Shown here: positions 11,693 to 25,242 of the stretch, piece by piece
Layout of the letters: each line of letters begins with the position of its first letter
How positions within the stretch are numbered: the stretch's first letter is position 1
Assembly (NCBI GenBank): GCA_963727895.1
Contig: CAVSHT010000008.1
Location: forward strand, 227,580-291,579
DNA: 64,000 nt
Reading direction: 5' to 3'
From: an uncultured Methanosarcinaceae archaeon
GTDB taxonomy: Archaea > Halobacteriota > Methanosarcinia > Methanosarcinales > Methanosarcinaceae
Translations under genes and position numbers: made by a program
The notes under the pieces: model-generated
What the model saw: only the letters and a program-made list of their open reading frames with translations
The model's database searches: none
What the model was told of the DNA's origin: nothing

Positions 11693-12160
11693 TTAACTGC
11701 CTCCTTTTATAAGCACTGAGCAAAGGTTTGTTTTTGATAATACAATTGATTGTTTTTAGAGACTTTGACTTTTCTGAAGTCACTAAACTTTGCCATTTAC
11801 TTTACTTATCATTGATTAAAATCAATCAAAACCCAGAAATTACAGAAAGTCTCAATTTCAAATTGTATTACTAAAAATTAATATAAAAACTATATAATAT
11901 TAATAGAATTATAAATAAGGAACAAATATTAAAAGGGATTAAATTCATATCATGCCTACAATCCAAAGAAATAAAGCTTCTCAAAGCTCATGTTGTGATA
12001 AACTTTTGATCAGAAACTTAATTTCCAAATATATATTATTTTATTCATTTATAATAATTATTAGATAAGCAGCATATAGATCAAAGAGATCAAAATGAAT
12101 TTAACCGAATTAGAGGGTAAATATTATGTCAGCAGTTTTAAAGTTATCACCGTCTATTTG

Positions 12161-13032
12161 GGTTCCGTTGCAAAAAATCTTAGAATAAAAAATCTTAGAA
12201 TAAGCCTGTAAATCTATGAATAATGAATAAAAGTTAAAATATTCAAAAAGATATGTCAATATTATAGAACTATTCCAAATAATTGATTAATATATTTAGC
12301 TTCATTAAAGCCAGAGTAATTTAAGTTCTTGATTTGTCCTTTTTTAATCATATTCATAGCTTCAATTCCTTTTAAAGTTTTAATGGCTGTATGAAAAGAC
12401 TGAAATCCTAACATTGGATTAACTATTCGTTTAATGGATCTATGATCCTGTTCTATAATGTTATTCAAATATTTGATTTGTCGAATGCCTACGTTTATAG
12501 GTAGTATTTTATCATTTTTCAGTTTATCTATAGCAGGTGGATAAGCTGGATTTTTGTCAACTGTGATTACTCTTGGAATTTGATTATGATTAGAGTTCAA
12601 AGCTTTCTTAAAGAAACGTTTTGCTGCTTTTTTATTTCGTTTTGCACTTAACATGAAATCAATTGTATCTCCATTTGAGTCAACTGCTCGGTAAAAATAT
12701 TTCCATTCACCTTTAACTCTGATATAAGTTTCATCAACTCTCCAAGAGTCGTTTGTTGGTCTTAAATGCCTTCTGACCTTCTTTTCGATTTCAGGTGAAT
12801 ATTGATGTACCCATCTCATAATGGTTGTATGGTTGACTATTATCCCTCTTTCTGCCATCATTTCCTTTAAATTTCTATAACTAAGTGGGTATTTTAAGTA
12901 CCATCTAACATTCAATAAAATAATTTCACCAACAAAGTGCTTCCATTTAAAGGAATTAGATAGCATATCACTATCTTTGATTTCATTTTTATTTTAATTA
13001 TATCCTTAGCAGATATTTTTTGCAACGGAACC
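12161..13032 (-). mobile_element. IS6-family insertion sequence, copy 1 (transposase 12262-12966)
   Basis: IRs GGTTCCGTTGCAAAAAAT; 234-aa DDE transposase FKWKHF...WRVDETY...YRAVD...LNNIIEQDHR. A 15-bp internal tandem duplication lies next to one IR. No flanking target duplication. Confidence 0.95.
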
Positions 13033-14953
<1,921 letters not shown>

Positions 14954-15436
14954 AATATCGTATGCTTTTCAAGTATTGCATAAAGCAATTTTATGATTGC
15001 ATAAAGTAATAATGTATATGAAAAGCAGATGATATTAGATTAGATATTAAAAGGCAGTCTTTCAGTTACTATAAAACTGCCAAACTTTTTTAATAGGATA
15101 TGTCACGTAGAAGGTATACCTGAAATAAATAATATTTCCGCAGCTTGGCACTATAATTCTGATCTTCATGTTTCATTTTCTTGGTGCTAAAATTAATTAA
15201 TTTTTTTTAATTGTGAAGGTCTACACTGATTTTGTAACAAAGCCACAGGTTTTTTGCACCACAACTGGAAATACTATGTTTAATTTGTTAATCAACATCA
15301 TACTTAATTTGTCAATCAATATAATGGGATTATTTAAATAATTATAATAAGAATTTGTAGCTACTATAATTCGTTGTTGGATTACGTATTTGGTTTGTCT
15401 ACTTATCTCACAACATATTTCTAAGGGATCTAAAAA

Positions 15437-16714
15437 ATGAAAATATTTTTCGCTATCGTTCCTTTCGTCCTATTTATTTTATTGTTACCTGGAATAGCTG
15501 GAGCAGCAAACCAAAATGATATTAACCAGGAGCTTCAGCAGGGGGGTATAATTCACCTTCCTGCTGGAACTTATGTTTTGACAGATTCAATAATTCTTCA
15601 ATCTAACACTGTTCTAGTAGGTGAGCCTGGAACTGTAATTACAATTCCAGATCATGCTGGATGGCCTGCATGGAAACCGTTAATTTCAGGAAATTGTGTT
15701 CAAAATGTCACAATTCGAAATTTAGACATTAATGCAAACAGTGATGAGAATTCAGAAACTCCACACGGTGCAGGGTATTATAACTGCATCCATGTAATCA
15801 ATTGCAGTAATGTACAGGTTTATAACTGCACTTTTCACAATAGTCTTGGCGATGGCCTGAGAACTAAAAAAAGTAAAGATATTAAATTTTATAATAATCT
15901 TGTTTACAGACTTGGACATGAAGGCTTCTTTGGCATTGAGAGTCAGTATATTGAATGTTTCAATAATCGAATAACTACAAGAACAAATAGTGGTCTCAGG
16001 ATCTGGAACTCTGCAAATGTCAGTTTACATGACAATGTCATAGATGCTCAATTGGATGCTAGTGGGGGTAATGCTGGCATCCAGATAGAAGATTCCAAAA
16101 GCAATGTAAGTAATGTGGAGATCTGTAATAATGTCCTTAATAGAACATGGGGAGCAGGTATCTGGTTAACTGCCTATGATGCAGGAGTATCAGACATTCA
16201 GAAAGTTCGAATTCATCACAATTTGTTCTATGAAACAGGACAGAGTTATAATATTCAATATACAGGAGGCATAGTTAATGATGGATTCAAAAACACCCAG
16301 ATTTATAACAATATTTTTGATGGGGTGAAAAATAATGCCTTTAGAAATCAAGCTGGAGGGCAAGGTACAGTAATAAAAGATAATGTTTTTACAAATATAA
16401 TTCAGCATACTATACTTTCTCAGACGGGAACAGGGTATGCGATTGCTGATCTTGTAGGAGCAAACATTTCTATAAATAACAATTCTTTTTACAATAATGA
16501 AAATGGAGATGTATATCATACAAGTTCTTCTAATGCCAATTTTACAGATCCTAAAACTCATCAGACTTCTTCAGGTTGGTTCTGGACAGGCTCAACATGG
16601 ACATGTAAGTTTGTAAAACCAATGGAATTAGGCTCTATTCCACTTACTACAACTATTAAGTTACGAATAATGGCAATAATATACAGAATATGGTTCCGTT
16701 GCAAAAAATCTTAG
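15437..16714 (+). CDS. Secreted right-handed parallel beta-helix protein, 3'-truncated by IS6
   Basis: Signal peptide, IHLPAGTYVLTDSI and repeated beta-helix turns. The last residues (WFRCKKS) are read from the IS6 inverted repeat. Confidence 0.8.
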   Translation: MKIFFAIVPFVLFILLLPGIAGAANQNDINQELQQGGIIHLPAGTYVLTDSIILQSNTVLVGEPGTVITIPDHAGWPAWKPLISGNCVQNVTIRNLDINANSDENSETPHGAGYYNCIHVINCSNVQVYNCTFHNSLGDGLRTKKSKDIKFYNNLVYRLGHEGFFGIESQYIECFNNRITTRTNSGLRIWNSANVSLHDNVIDAQLDASGGNAGIQIEDSKSNVSNVEICNNVLNRTWGAGIWLTAYDAGVSDIQKVRIHHNLFYETGQSYNIQYTGGIVNDGFKNTQIYNNIFDGVKNNAFRNQAGGQGTVIKDNVFTNIIQHTILSQTGTGYAIADLVGANISINNNSFYNNENGDVYHTSSSNANFTDPKTHQTSSGWFWTGSTWTCKFVKPMELGSIPLTTTIKLRIMAIIYRIWFRCKKS

Positions 16715-17548
16715 AATAAGCCTGCAAATCTATGAATAATGAATAAAAGTTAAAATATTCAAAAAGATATGTCAATATTATAGAACTATTCCAAATAATT
16801 GATTAATATATTTAGCTTCATTAAAGCCAGAGTAATTTAAGTTCTTGATTTGTCCTTTTTTAATCATATTCATAGCTTCAATTCCTTTTAAAGTTTTAGT
16901 GGCTGTATGAAAAGACTGAAATCCTAACATTGGATTAACTATTCGTTTAATGGATCTATGATCTTGTTCTATAATGTTATTCAAATATTTGATTTGTCGA
17001 ATGCCTACGTTTATAGGTAGTATTTTATCATTTTTCAGTTTATCTATAGCAGGTGGATAAGCTGGATTTTTGTCAACTGTGATTACTCTTGGAATTTGAT
17101 TATGATTAGAGTTCAAAGCTTTTTTGAAGAATCTGTTCGCTGCTTTTTGGTTTCGTTTTGCACTTAACATGAAATCAATTGTATCTCCATTTGAGTCAAC
17201 TGCTCGGTAAAAATATTTCCATTCACCTTTAACTCTGATATAAGTTTCATCAACTCTCCAAGAATCGTTTGTTGGTCTTAAATGCCTTCTGACCTTCTTT
17301 TCGATTTCAGGTGAATATTGATGTACCCATCTCATAATGGTTGTATGGTTGACTATTATCCCTCTTTCTGCCATCATTTCCTTTAAATTTCTATAACTAA
17401 GTGGGTATTTTAAGTACCATCTAACATTCAATAAAATAATTTCACCAACAAAGTGCTTCCATTTAAAGGAATTAGATAGCATATCACTATCTTTGATTTC
17501 ATTTTTATTTTAATTATATCCTTAGCAGATATTTTTTGCAACGGAACC
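16692..17548 (-). mobile_element. IS6-family insertion sequence, copy 2 (transposase 16778-17482)
   Basis: Near-identical to copy 1, with the same IRs and orientation. Confidence 0.95.
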
Positions 17549-17963
17549 GTAAAACTCCTGATATTGCAAGCAAAAAAGGAAGCAGCCCTTTGCTATTTAT
17601 TCTTTCGCCAAGAATTGAGGGCGCAAACAAATTAACATATACAGGAGCTGTGTATAGCAGAAGGACGGCAACTGAAACTCCACTGTATCGAATAGATAAA
17701 AAGTAACAGGTACCTGTTATTGTGTTTAAAAGACCCAGAAATAAGAGGTATATTTTTTTATTTTTTGGCTTAAGCTGTGCAAGTTTTTGATTAAAAAACA
17801 GATAAATAAAAATTATGCAGAAACCAAAAAATAACCTGGAAAAGAGGATCGATCCTGCGGACATATCTTTAATTTTATTGAGGAAAATTCCAATTGTCCC
17901 ATAAATTATGCTGCCAGCTACAACTTCATAATAAGGTTTTAAAGAATTTTCCTGCGCAGGCAT
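17549..17963 (-). pseudogene. EamA/DMT transporter truncated by IS6
   Basis: Paralog of the adjacent EamA gene (IIYGTIGIF...LLLYTAPVY); only the first half remains before the IS end. Confidence 0.85.
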
Positions 17964-18110
17964 GGTCGGGAATTAAAAGCTTGTGAATATATATTTTTTG
18001 GGTGTGAATAACAATGATTCAGAAACTTTACTACAACATTTTACCTCAAAAATAATCTAAAAAATGTCAACTCAAAAAGATAAAAGTAAAAATTGGTTGA
18101 GAAACAGGTT

Positions 18111-19076
18111 TTATTTATTTGTAGTTCCTAAAACCTTCTTTTTCCTGAAAAAAGACCTTTTACCAAAGTTTGTTTTATCCCATATAATTAATTTTTTCAG
18201 GAAAACCGCCTCATCCAGGCTGATTACAATTGCTGCAGCAAGGATGAAAATACAGCCAATGAACATTCCGCTATGAATTGGACTTCCAAGTACCGTATAG
18301 TCAAAGAATATACAGGAAACCGGCTCAAGTAAGGTAAGGACGCTGCCAGTAATTGCGCTTACGCCTGCTACACCTCTTATGTAAAACACTGCTCCAATTC
18401 CGGTAATCAGTACTCCAAAGAGCATAAGCACTGGAAGGTTTTCGGCAAGAATATGCCGTGGAACTGAAACTGCAAAAGGTGAAAGAAAGAACAAGCTGAT
18501 AGCGCTTTGCCAGAAAAGCTGAGTAAGCCCATTATATTCATCTCTCAAGTAGCGAACAGAGATTATTACCCCACTGCTGAAAAGGCCCCCCGTAAGTCCA
18601 AACAACACTCCTTTTAGATAATAGCTCCCAAAATCAAGTTGTTCAAAACCTCCTTCAGGCCTTGTTACATAGAAGACACCTATTAAGCCAAGGAAAAGAG
18701 CAAAAATGGTTTTTTCGGTATTTTTTTCTCCCAGCAGAAGGGGGGCAAGAATGGTTAGATAAATAGGATCTGTATAAAGAAGAAGGACAGCTGAAGAAGC
18801 TCCCAAATAACGAATTGCCGAATAATAGGAAAACATTTGCAAAACGTACAGGATTCCCAAAAGAAGGAGATAATTTTTTTTCCCTTTTAGAGCGAGCTGA
18901 CCTAAATTTCCAGTAATTGCAAGATAAAATGAAATTGCAGAAAGTCCAAAGAGAATTCTGTAGAAAATAATTGATCCTACAGACATATCATCTAACCATT
19001 GCATATAAATGCCGACAGTACCGTAAATTACGCAAGCAACCAATAGTTCAAAATGAGGTTTAAGAGCCACAGTCAT
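18111..19076 (-). CDS. EamA/DMT family transporter
   Basis: About 10 TM helices in two repeats; LLLYTDPIY and LTLLEPVS motifs. Confidence 0.88.
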   Translation of the reverse strand: MTVALKPHFELLVACVIYGTVGIYMQWLDDMSVGSIIFYRILFGLSAISFYLAITGNLGQLALKGKKNYLLLLGILYVLQMFSYYSAIRYLGASSAVLLLYTDPIYLTILAPLLLGEKNTEKTIFALFLGLIGVFYVTRPEGGFEQLDFGSYYLKGVLFGLTGGLFSSGVIISVRYLRDEYNGLTQLFWQSAISLFFLSPFAVSVPRHILAENLPVLMLFGVLITGIGAVFYIRGVAGVSAITGSVLTLLEPVSCIFFDYTVLGSPIHSGMFIGCIFILAAAIVISLDEAVFLKKLIIWDKTNFGKRSFFRKKKVLGTTNK

Positions 19077-19224
19077 AAATTATTTTAAGTTTTTAAATGT
19101 ATATATATTTTTAGTAAGATAGTACATTATAAATTTAATTTAACAGTTTTGAAACATATCGTTTTTTAAATTATACGTTTAATTTTAAGATTGGAAGTTA
19201 TTTTTATATGTCGTGGGTTCAGTT

Positions 19225-20926
19225 TTAAAACTTTTCCAAACTAAGTACCACATGCTGTCGGCTTCCCATCCTGTAGATAGTAAGCCCTTTAAGTCCATGT
19301 TTCCAGGCATAAATCAAAGCCTGTTTGATATCTTCTTTTTCCGCAGAAAAAGGCATATTAATAGTTTTCGAAATTCCTGCATGACAATGACGTTGAAACG
19401 CCGCCTGGACATCAATGTGAGCCTTCCAATCAATATCAAGCGCTGATCTGAATAGGCATTTTTCGTCTTCGCTTACGAGCTTTTGATCTTCCACATTCTG
19501 TACAGTACCATACTTATAGACGTGTTCAAGTAACCGGTTATATTCAGTTTCTGATAATTTTGACTTGAAATGGTCCCTAAAAATGGGATGAACAAGCATA
19601 AACTCCTGACCTATAGTCTGAGTCCGCCTGTATACCCAGCTGAAAACAGGCTCGATTCCTGCCGAACAACCTGCAAGAATACTTATTGTACCTGTTGGGG
19701 CAACTGCAGTTAGTGCAGCATTTCTCATAGGAAGCTCCCAGGTTGAATTTTCATATTCAGGAAAAGGCCCTTTTTCTACAGCAAGTTTTCTTGATTCCCT
19801 AATTGCAGCCCAGTTAATTTGTTCCATAAGTTTTTCCACAAGTTCAAGGGCTTCTTGAGAGTCATAGGGAAGTCCAAACTTCAAAAGCATATCGTGAAGA
19901 CCCATTACTCCAAGCCCCACTTTCCGAGTTTTCTTAGTTGCAGCCTCAATCTCTGGAATAGGATATATATTTTTATCAATTTCGTTATCCAGAAAACGGA
20001 TAGCTTTTCCGGCTACTTTCCTGAGAAAGTCCCAGTTTACTTTTCCATCCATAACGAAAAGAGAAAGGTTTATGCTTCCCAGATTGCAAGCTTCAAAAGG
20101 CAAAAGAGGTTCTTCTCCACAAGGGTTCGTGGCTGAGATATCACCAAGAGCAGGCGTGAAATTATCCCTATTTATTCGGTCATAAAAAAGAACGCCTGGT
20201 TCACCGGTTCTCCAGATTCCCGCAATAATTTCTGAAAATATGCGCTCAACCGTTACACCCGTTTGCTTGTTCCAGACCTTTTCGGTCTTATTAGCTTCAA
20301 TGAGTTCCATGAAGGCATCAGGAACCATAACCGATATATTGAAATTATTCAGCTCTCCTTCAACACTTTTTGCTTGAATAAAAGAAAGGACATCGTTATG
20401 AGAAATATCAAGAATGCCAATATTAGCTCCCCTCCGTCTTCCAAAGTGCTTTACGATTTCAGTTGCTTCATTAAAAAGTTTCATGATAGCTACAGGGCCG
20501 CTTGTCGAGTTATCGTCACATAAACTTATGTCACATGAATTGGTAGAGTCTCTAGAGCATATTTTTGAAAAATCAAAACCTGTTCCTCCTCCGGTTTTCT
20601 GGATCAGGGCTGCGGTTTTTATTGAATCAAAAATATCCTCGACACTATATTCTACAGGGATTACAAAACAGGCTGCAAGCTGTCCTAATTCAGTACCAGC
20701 ATTCATAAGCGTAGGTGAACTTGGAAGAAAAATCTTTCTGACCATGAGGTCTTTAAATTCCAGATATTCTTCTTCAGTTACTGCAACTGCCTTTGCAACT
20801 CTCTCGCAGACCTTCCTCCCAATCTTTTTCTCCCTCATGTAGATATCTAGTTTTGAGAGTTTCACTGACCAGAAAATCCAATCCTTCTTCTGTACCCAAC
20901 ACAAAAATCTGTTCTCCTGTAAACAT
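19225..20926 (-). CDS. nrdJ: Class II (AdoCbl-dependent) ribonucleotide reductase, with a probable +1 frameshift near 20812
   Basis: FLPSSPTLMNAG, QLAACFV, TNPCGEEPL, ACNLGSINL, VAPTGTIS, ISKTIN, KGLTIYR. The N-terminus (LKTRYLHEGEKDWEE) is in another frame and joins VCERVAKA if one G is removed. Confidence 0.88.
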
Positions 20927-21252
20927 TCCGCAGGCTTTAGTTTGTTAAAAGAAGTTATCTTCTTATTAAATGGGCTTTTTTATTATTGTATCCGAAAATG
21001 CGATTCGAAATTATAATCAGGAAGAATATAGTTCAGAAATAACAGTTTAAATTGGTCTTATTTATTTCCGAGTAAATACTTTTATATATTTTATTTATTG
21101 AATAATTAATAATCTATGAGATAAATAACACGGCGAAGAAGGTAGAAATAAATCAAACATCAACATAGAAACACTGATAGAAAAACAGATAGAACTGACA
21201 GACCGTCGAGCCTTTCGTTTCAAAGAGTTATTTGATAGAGTGGAGAAATCAT

Positions 21253-21519
21253 ATGAGCGTTATAGATGAAGATATTGTTGATCAGAGCAAGTATATTGTC
21301 GATGTCGCTTTGAAGCTGCGAAATCTCGATCTTGAAATTGCCAAAAATCCAAACTGCTATGAGCTCAAGTCGAGGCGGTTTAAGGTATTGGAAGACCTCC
21401 ACGATAAAACTCGCTCAGAGTTGGTGCAAGCCGCAGCTGAGCTTCGTAGATGTAAAGATAGAGAAGGTAATCATTGCGCTGATTGCATGAGATGTGATTT
21501 ATATAAGGAGTTTATTTAA
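21253..21519 (+). CDS. Hypothetical protein with a C-terminal Cys cluster
   Basis: GGAG ribosome-binding site; CKD...HCADCMRC. Confidence 0.6.
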   Translation: MSVIDEDIVDQSKYIVDVALKLRNLDLEIAKNPNCYELKSRRFKVLEDLHDKTRSELVQAAAELRRCKDREGNHCADCMRCDLYKEFI

Positions 21520-21585
21520 GTTAAAACTGTAACACTAAATCCTGATAGTAATGCAGTCAGTGAAAAATATACTAGATATTATTTT

Positions 21586-22325
21586 GGTATTGTTAACTAA
21601 AAATAGTTAACTCTTTATTTCTTTATTTCATCAATATAATAACCGAGTACTTTAGCATTTCAAGACTTTTTTATAACACTTTGTCTTTCTTCTCAACCTT
21701 GCCAAAAAGTGCCTCAATATGCTGTTATATCCTTCAGCAGTATACGTTTCTGCTTTGGATTGAGTATGGATCTTTTCTGGACGAAACTCTGCATATGCTC
21801 TCCAGTGATCTGTCATCACTTCTCCAATCTCTTTTTTCTTCAATTTTTCCCAGAGTAGTTTTCCAGTTTCTGTTCCTCTGATGCCAAAAGAGCAGTTGAT
21901 GAACTTTTTCCCAACTCTATCAACAGCAATCCAGATACAGCAATATTTTTTTTTGTTACCGATGTAAGTGTGCATCTCATCCATTTCAACAATAGATATC
22001 TCATTTTCACTTTTTAGGTCCTCTAACTCCTGACCAAATTTCTTGATCCATTTTTGGACAGAAACATGACTTACCCCTAAAACTCTTCCTATTGAGCGAA
22101 AGCCCAATCCTTCAAGATAGAGTTGTAAAGCCTGTCTTTTTACAGAAGCGGAAAAAGCAGTTGATTTTAGCTCTACTGTATAGTTATAGCCACAATCAGA
22201 GCATTTGTACCGTTGACGCTCGCCAACTATACCATTATTTTTGTGACTGAAACTATTACATTTTGGGCAGTTCATGAAGAAATATATGGTATAAGCATAT
22301 ATATCTATTTTTGTGTACCAATGCC
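21586..22325 (-). mobile_element. IS1-family element, copy 1 (InsA/InsB fused in frame, C-terminal frameshift)
   Basis: IRs GGTATTG/GGCATTG; CPKC...YKCSDC zinc ribbon, HTH, EMDEMHTY, MTDHW, EGYNSILRH. Confidence 0.93.
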
Positions 22326-22616
22326 AAAAAAAACTAGAAAACGTCGAGATTTTTTAACAATGTTCATCAAAATTTATACAAAGTACTTTCTTTGCTGTCC
22401 TTTTTGTGATAATAGGAAAAAAGAGAAATTCATTAGCTTGGAATCATTTTTGATTGTATAATATTATTTTGAATAAAAATAAATCTGAGAATTGAACTTT
22501 TTCCTTGCCTATGTGCCAGTGAACTCAATCATTACATAGTTTGTAGGAATATAGTGATTCTCTTCGATGACATCGACTTTAACAGATAAAAATAGGGAGA
22601 AACATATAGTCAATTG

Positions 22617-23472
22617 GGTTCCGTTGCAAAAAATCTTAGAATAAGCCTGTAAATCTATGAATAATGAATAAAAGTTAAAATATTCAAAAAGATATGTCAA
22701 TATTATAGAACTATTCCAAATAATTGATTAATATATTTAGCTTCATTAAAGCCAGAGTAATTTAAGTTCTTGATTTGTCCTTTTTTAATCATATTCATAG
22801 CTTCAATTCCTTTTAAAGTTTTAATGGCTGTATGAAAAGACTGAAATCCTAACATTGGATTAACTATTCGTTTAATGGATCTATGATCCTGTTCTATAAT
22901 GTTATTCAAATATTTGATTTGTCGAATGCCTACGTTTATAGGTAGTATTTTATCATTTTTCAGTTTATCTATAGCAGGTGGATAAGCTGGATTTTTGTCA
23001 ACTGTGATTACTCTTGGAATTTGATTATGATTAGAGTTCAAAGCTTTCTTAAAGAAACGTTTTGCTGCTTTTTGGTCTCGTTTTGCACTTAACATGAAAT
23101 CAATTGTATCTCCATTTGAGTCAACTGCTCGGTAAAAATATTTCCATTTACCTCTCACTTTTATATAGGTTTCATCAACTCTCCAAGAGTTATTAGTTGG
23201 TCTTAAATATCTACGTACCTTCTTTTCGATTTCAGGTGAATATTGATGTATCCATCTCATAATGGTTGTATGGTTGACTATTATCCCTCTTTCTGCCATC
23301 ATTTCCTTTAAATTTCGATAACTTAATGGATATTTTAAGTACCATCTAACATTCAATAAAATAATTTCACCCACAAAATGCTTCCATTTAAAGGGATTAG
23401 ATAGCATGTCATTATCCTTTACTTCCCTTTTATTTGATTATATCCTTAACAGATATTTTTTGCAACGGAACC
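22617..23472 (-). mobile_element. IS6-family insertion sequence, copy 3 (transposase 22703-23407)
   Basis: Same IRs; the 5' part has diverged from copies 1 and 2. Confidence 0.95.
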
Positions 23473-23516
23473 CTTTGACTTTTGTTTATCATACATATAT
23501 TACGTGCTTATTCTGA

Positions 23517-23534
23517 TTTTTTTGCAACGGAACC
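23517..23534. mobile_element. Orphan IS6 terminal inverted repeat
   Basis: TTTTTTGCAACGGAACC about 60 bp beyond copy 3. Confidence 0.8.
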
Positions 23535-24165
23535 GTTAAGGTTAATTGTTTTAACCACGTCCTCAATAATTAGAAGGCCCTTTTCCAACTAAGCCTTTTT
23601 AATGTTTAGAGCAGGGAATATCCTGATTCCGTTACCCTGTGTTTGAGTGACAAATAAACCTCTTTTCAAGCATTTATTTTTGACATATGTAGCTATGCCT
23701 TCGCTTTGGAATTCGACCATGATAAGAAGTCCTTTTCCCCTTATGTCGACAATGACATTTTCATAAATTTTTGGCCACAAACTCATTTTTTTCAGGGCAA
23801 AATAGCCCATTTCTTCTACATTTCTGGAAATATTGTTATCTATCAGGTATTTTATCACTGCATAGGAAACTGCACAACCAAGAGGATTACCATAATATGT
23901 ACCTCCATGATCGCCGATCTCGAGCTTCTTTGCAATGTCCTCGGATAAGGTGAAAGCACCAAATGGAAAACCACCTGCAATTCCTTTTGCCATTGTCATA
24001 AAGTCTGCTTTTACACCACAGGAACTTGTAACAAAAGACGGTCCTGTTCTAAAAAAGCCAGTTTGGATTTCATCCATAATTAGAAGGCTACCATTTTTAT
24101 TACACAGGTTATCCAATTCTCTCAGGTATCCTTCAGAAGGTATATGAACTCCACCTTCTCCCTGA
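23535..24165 (-). pseudogene. Class III (acetylornithine-type) aminotransferase, C-terminal fragment
   Basis: QGEGGVH...LLIMDEIQTGFFRTG...MAKGIAGGFP...HGGTYYGNP...RGKGLLI. The N-terminal half is missing and there is an in-frame TAG at 23589. Confidence 0.85.
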
Positions 24166-24239
24166 GTAAGTTTACCTATAAATTAACATATCCTCTTTTT
24201 CACTTAAACCTTTTCAGATTAATAAATATAGACTAGTTA

Positions 24240-25240
24240 AAAAGCCGGACGCAAGCAAGATTTTCAGAAAGAGTTTTTTAAAAAAGTAATGAAAATTATA
24301 TTTGTGAACGGCTGTGAGTAAACAACAGAGGAAATGAGCGCCGTTCACATTTTGCGGGACAAGAGCAACCCGCAAGGCAATTTATTGTAGCGTGTAAAGC
24401 ACGCACGCTTTTCATAAGGAGGTTGAAAGGGGCGCTGTTACCCGCCCCCAATTGTGTATCTTCACCAGCTCAGTGAAGTTCCGTTTTTCAAGTGATTTAT
24501 AAGTATATATTAGCTTTCAAAGTATATAAATGTATGTGTTTTTATCATCGACATTATATACATGATATTAGTATATATTTATATATAAAATACATACTTC
24601 TAATATATAGACCAGTCTGCCTAGACCAATTGGTCTAGTACAATAAACTAGGTACTGTATTATTCTGTAGACCGGTCAATCTAGTCAAAACGCAGGCAAC
24701 GCAGATAAACGCAAGTAAGAACGCTCAAAATGCACATTTTTCAAAAAACTTTAAGCATCAATTGACATGAAACGTGTCAAAACGACGCACATTCACGCGC
24801 GCAAGTCCACTATTAATTAACTTAAAGGCTCCTCAAATTTTTTGGCTTTTTTCTAAAGGATTAGACGCCAAAACGCCAAAAAACGCAAGTATTTTTTGCA
24901 CCCTCAATTGTGTAGCTACGAACGAAGTGAAAGCAAAATAGAACGAAGTCAAAACCAGTTAAAACGAAATAATATATAAACAGTGCCCGTAGCAGCTGCC
25001 ACTAAAAAGGTCAAAACGAAGAAAGCGCCCGCGTGCAAGTCTACTATTAACTAACTTAAAGGGGCTTCCAAAAAATCTTCGTTTTTCTGGCGGATTAGAC
25101 GCCAAAACGAAAACAAAACGAAAAATGAAGAAATCCTTTTGAATTGCGCAGCATAGCAAAGAACAACAAGTATTTTGAATGCAAATGTGATCCTGCAACA
25201 GGCGGGATTTTGTATGTACCTTTGAACAGGGGAGGGGTAT
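24240..25240. repeat. Non-coding repeat-rich region resembling a plasmid replication origin
   Basis: 80-bp imperfect direct repeat at 24796-24875 and 25030-25109; perfect 18-bp palindrome CTAGACCAATTGGTCTAG at 24621-24638; AT-rich tract at about 24495-24610; clustered AACGCA(A/G) motifs. Confidence 0.55.
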
Positions 25241-25242
25241 AA

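Noticed and set aside
15228..15265. Possible degenerate IS6-like end (TTTTGTAACAAAGCC)
   Set aside because: Several mismatches to the IR and no partner end or transposase remnant.
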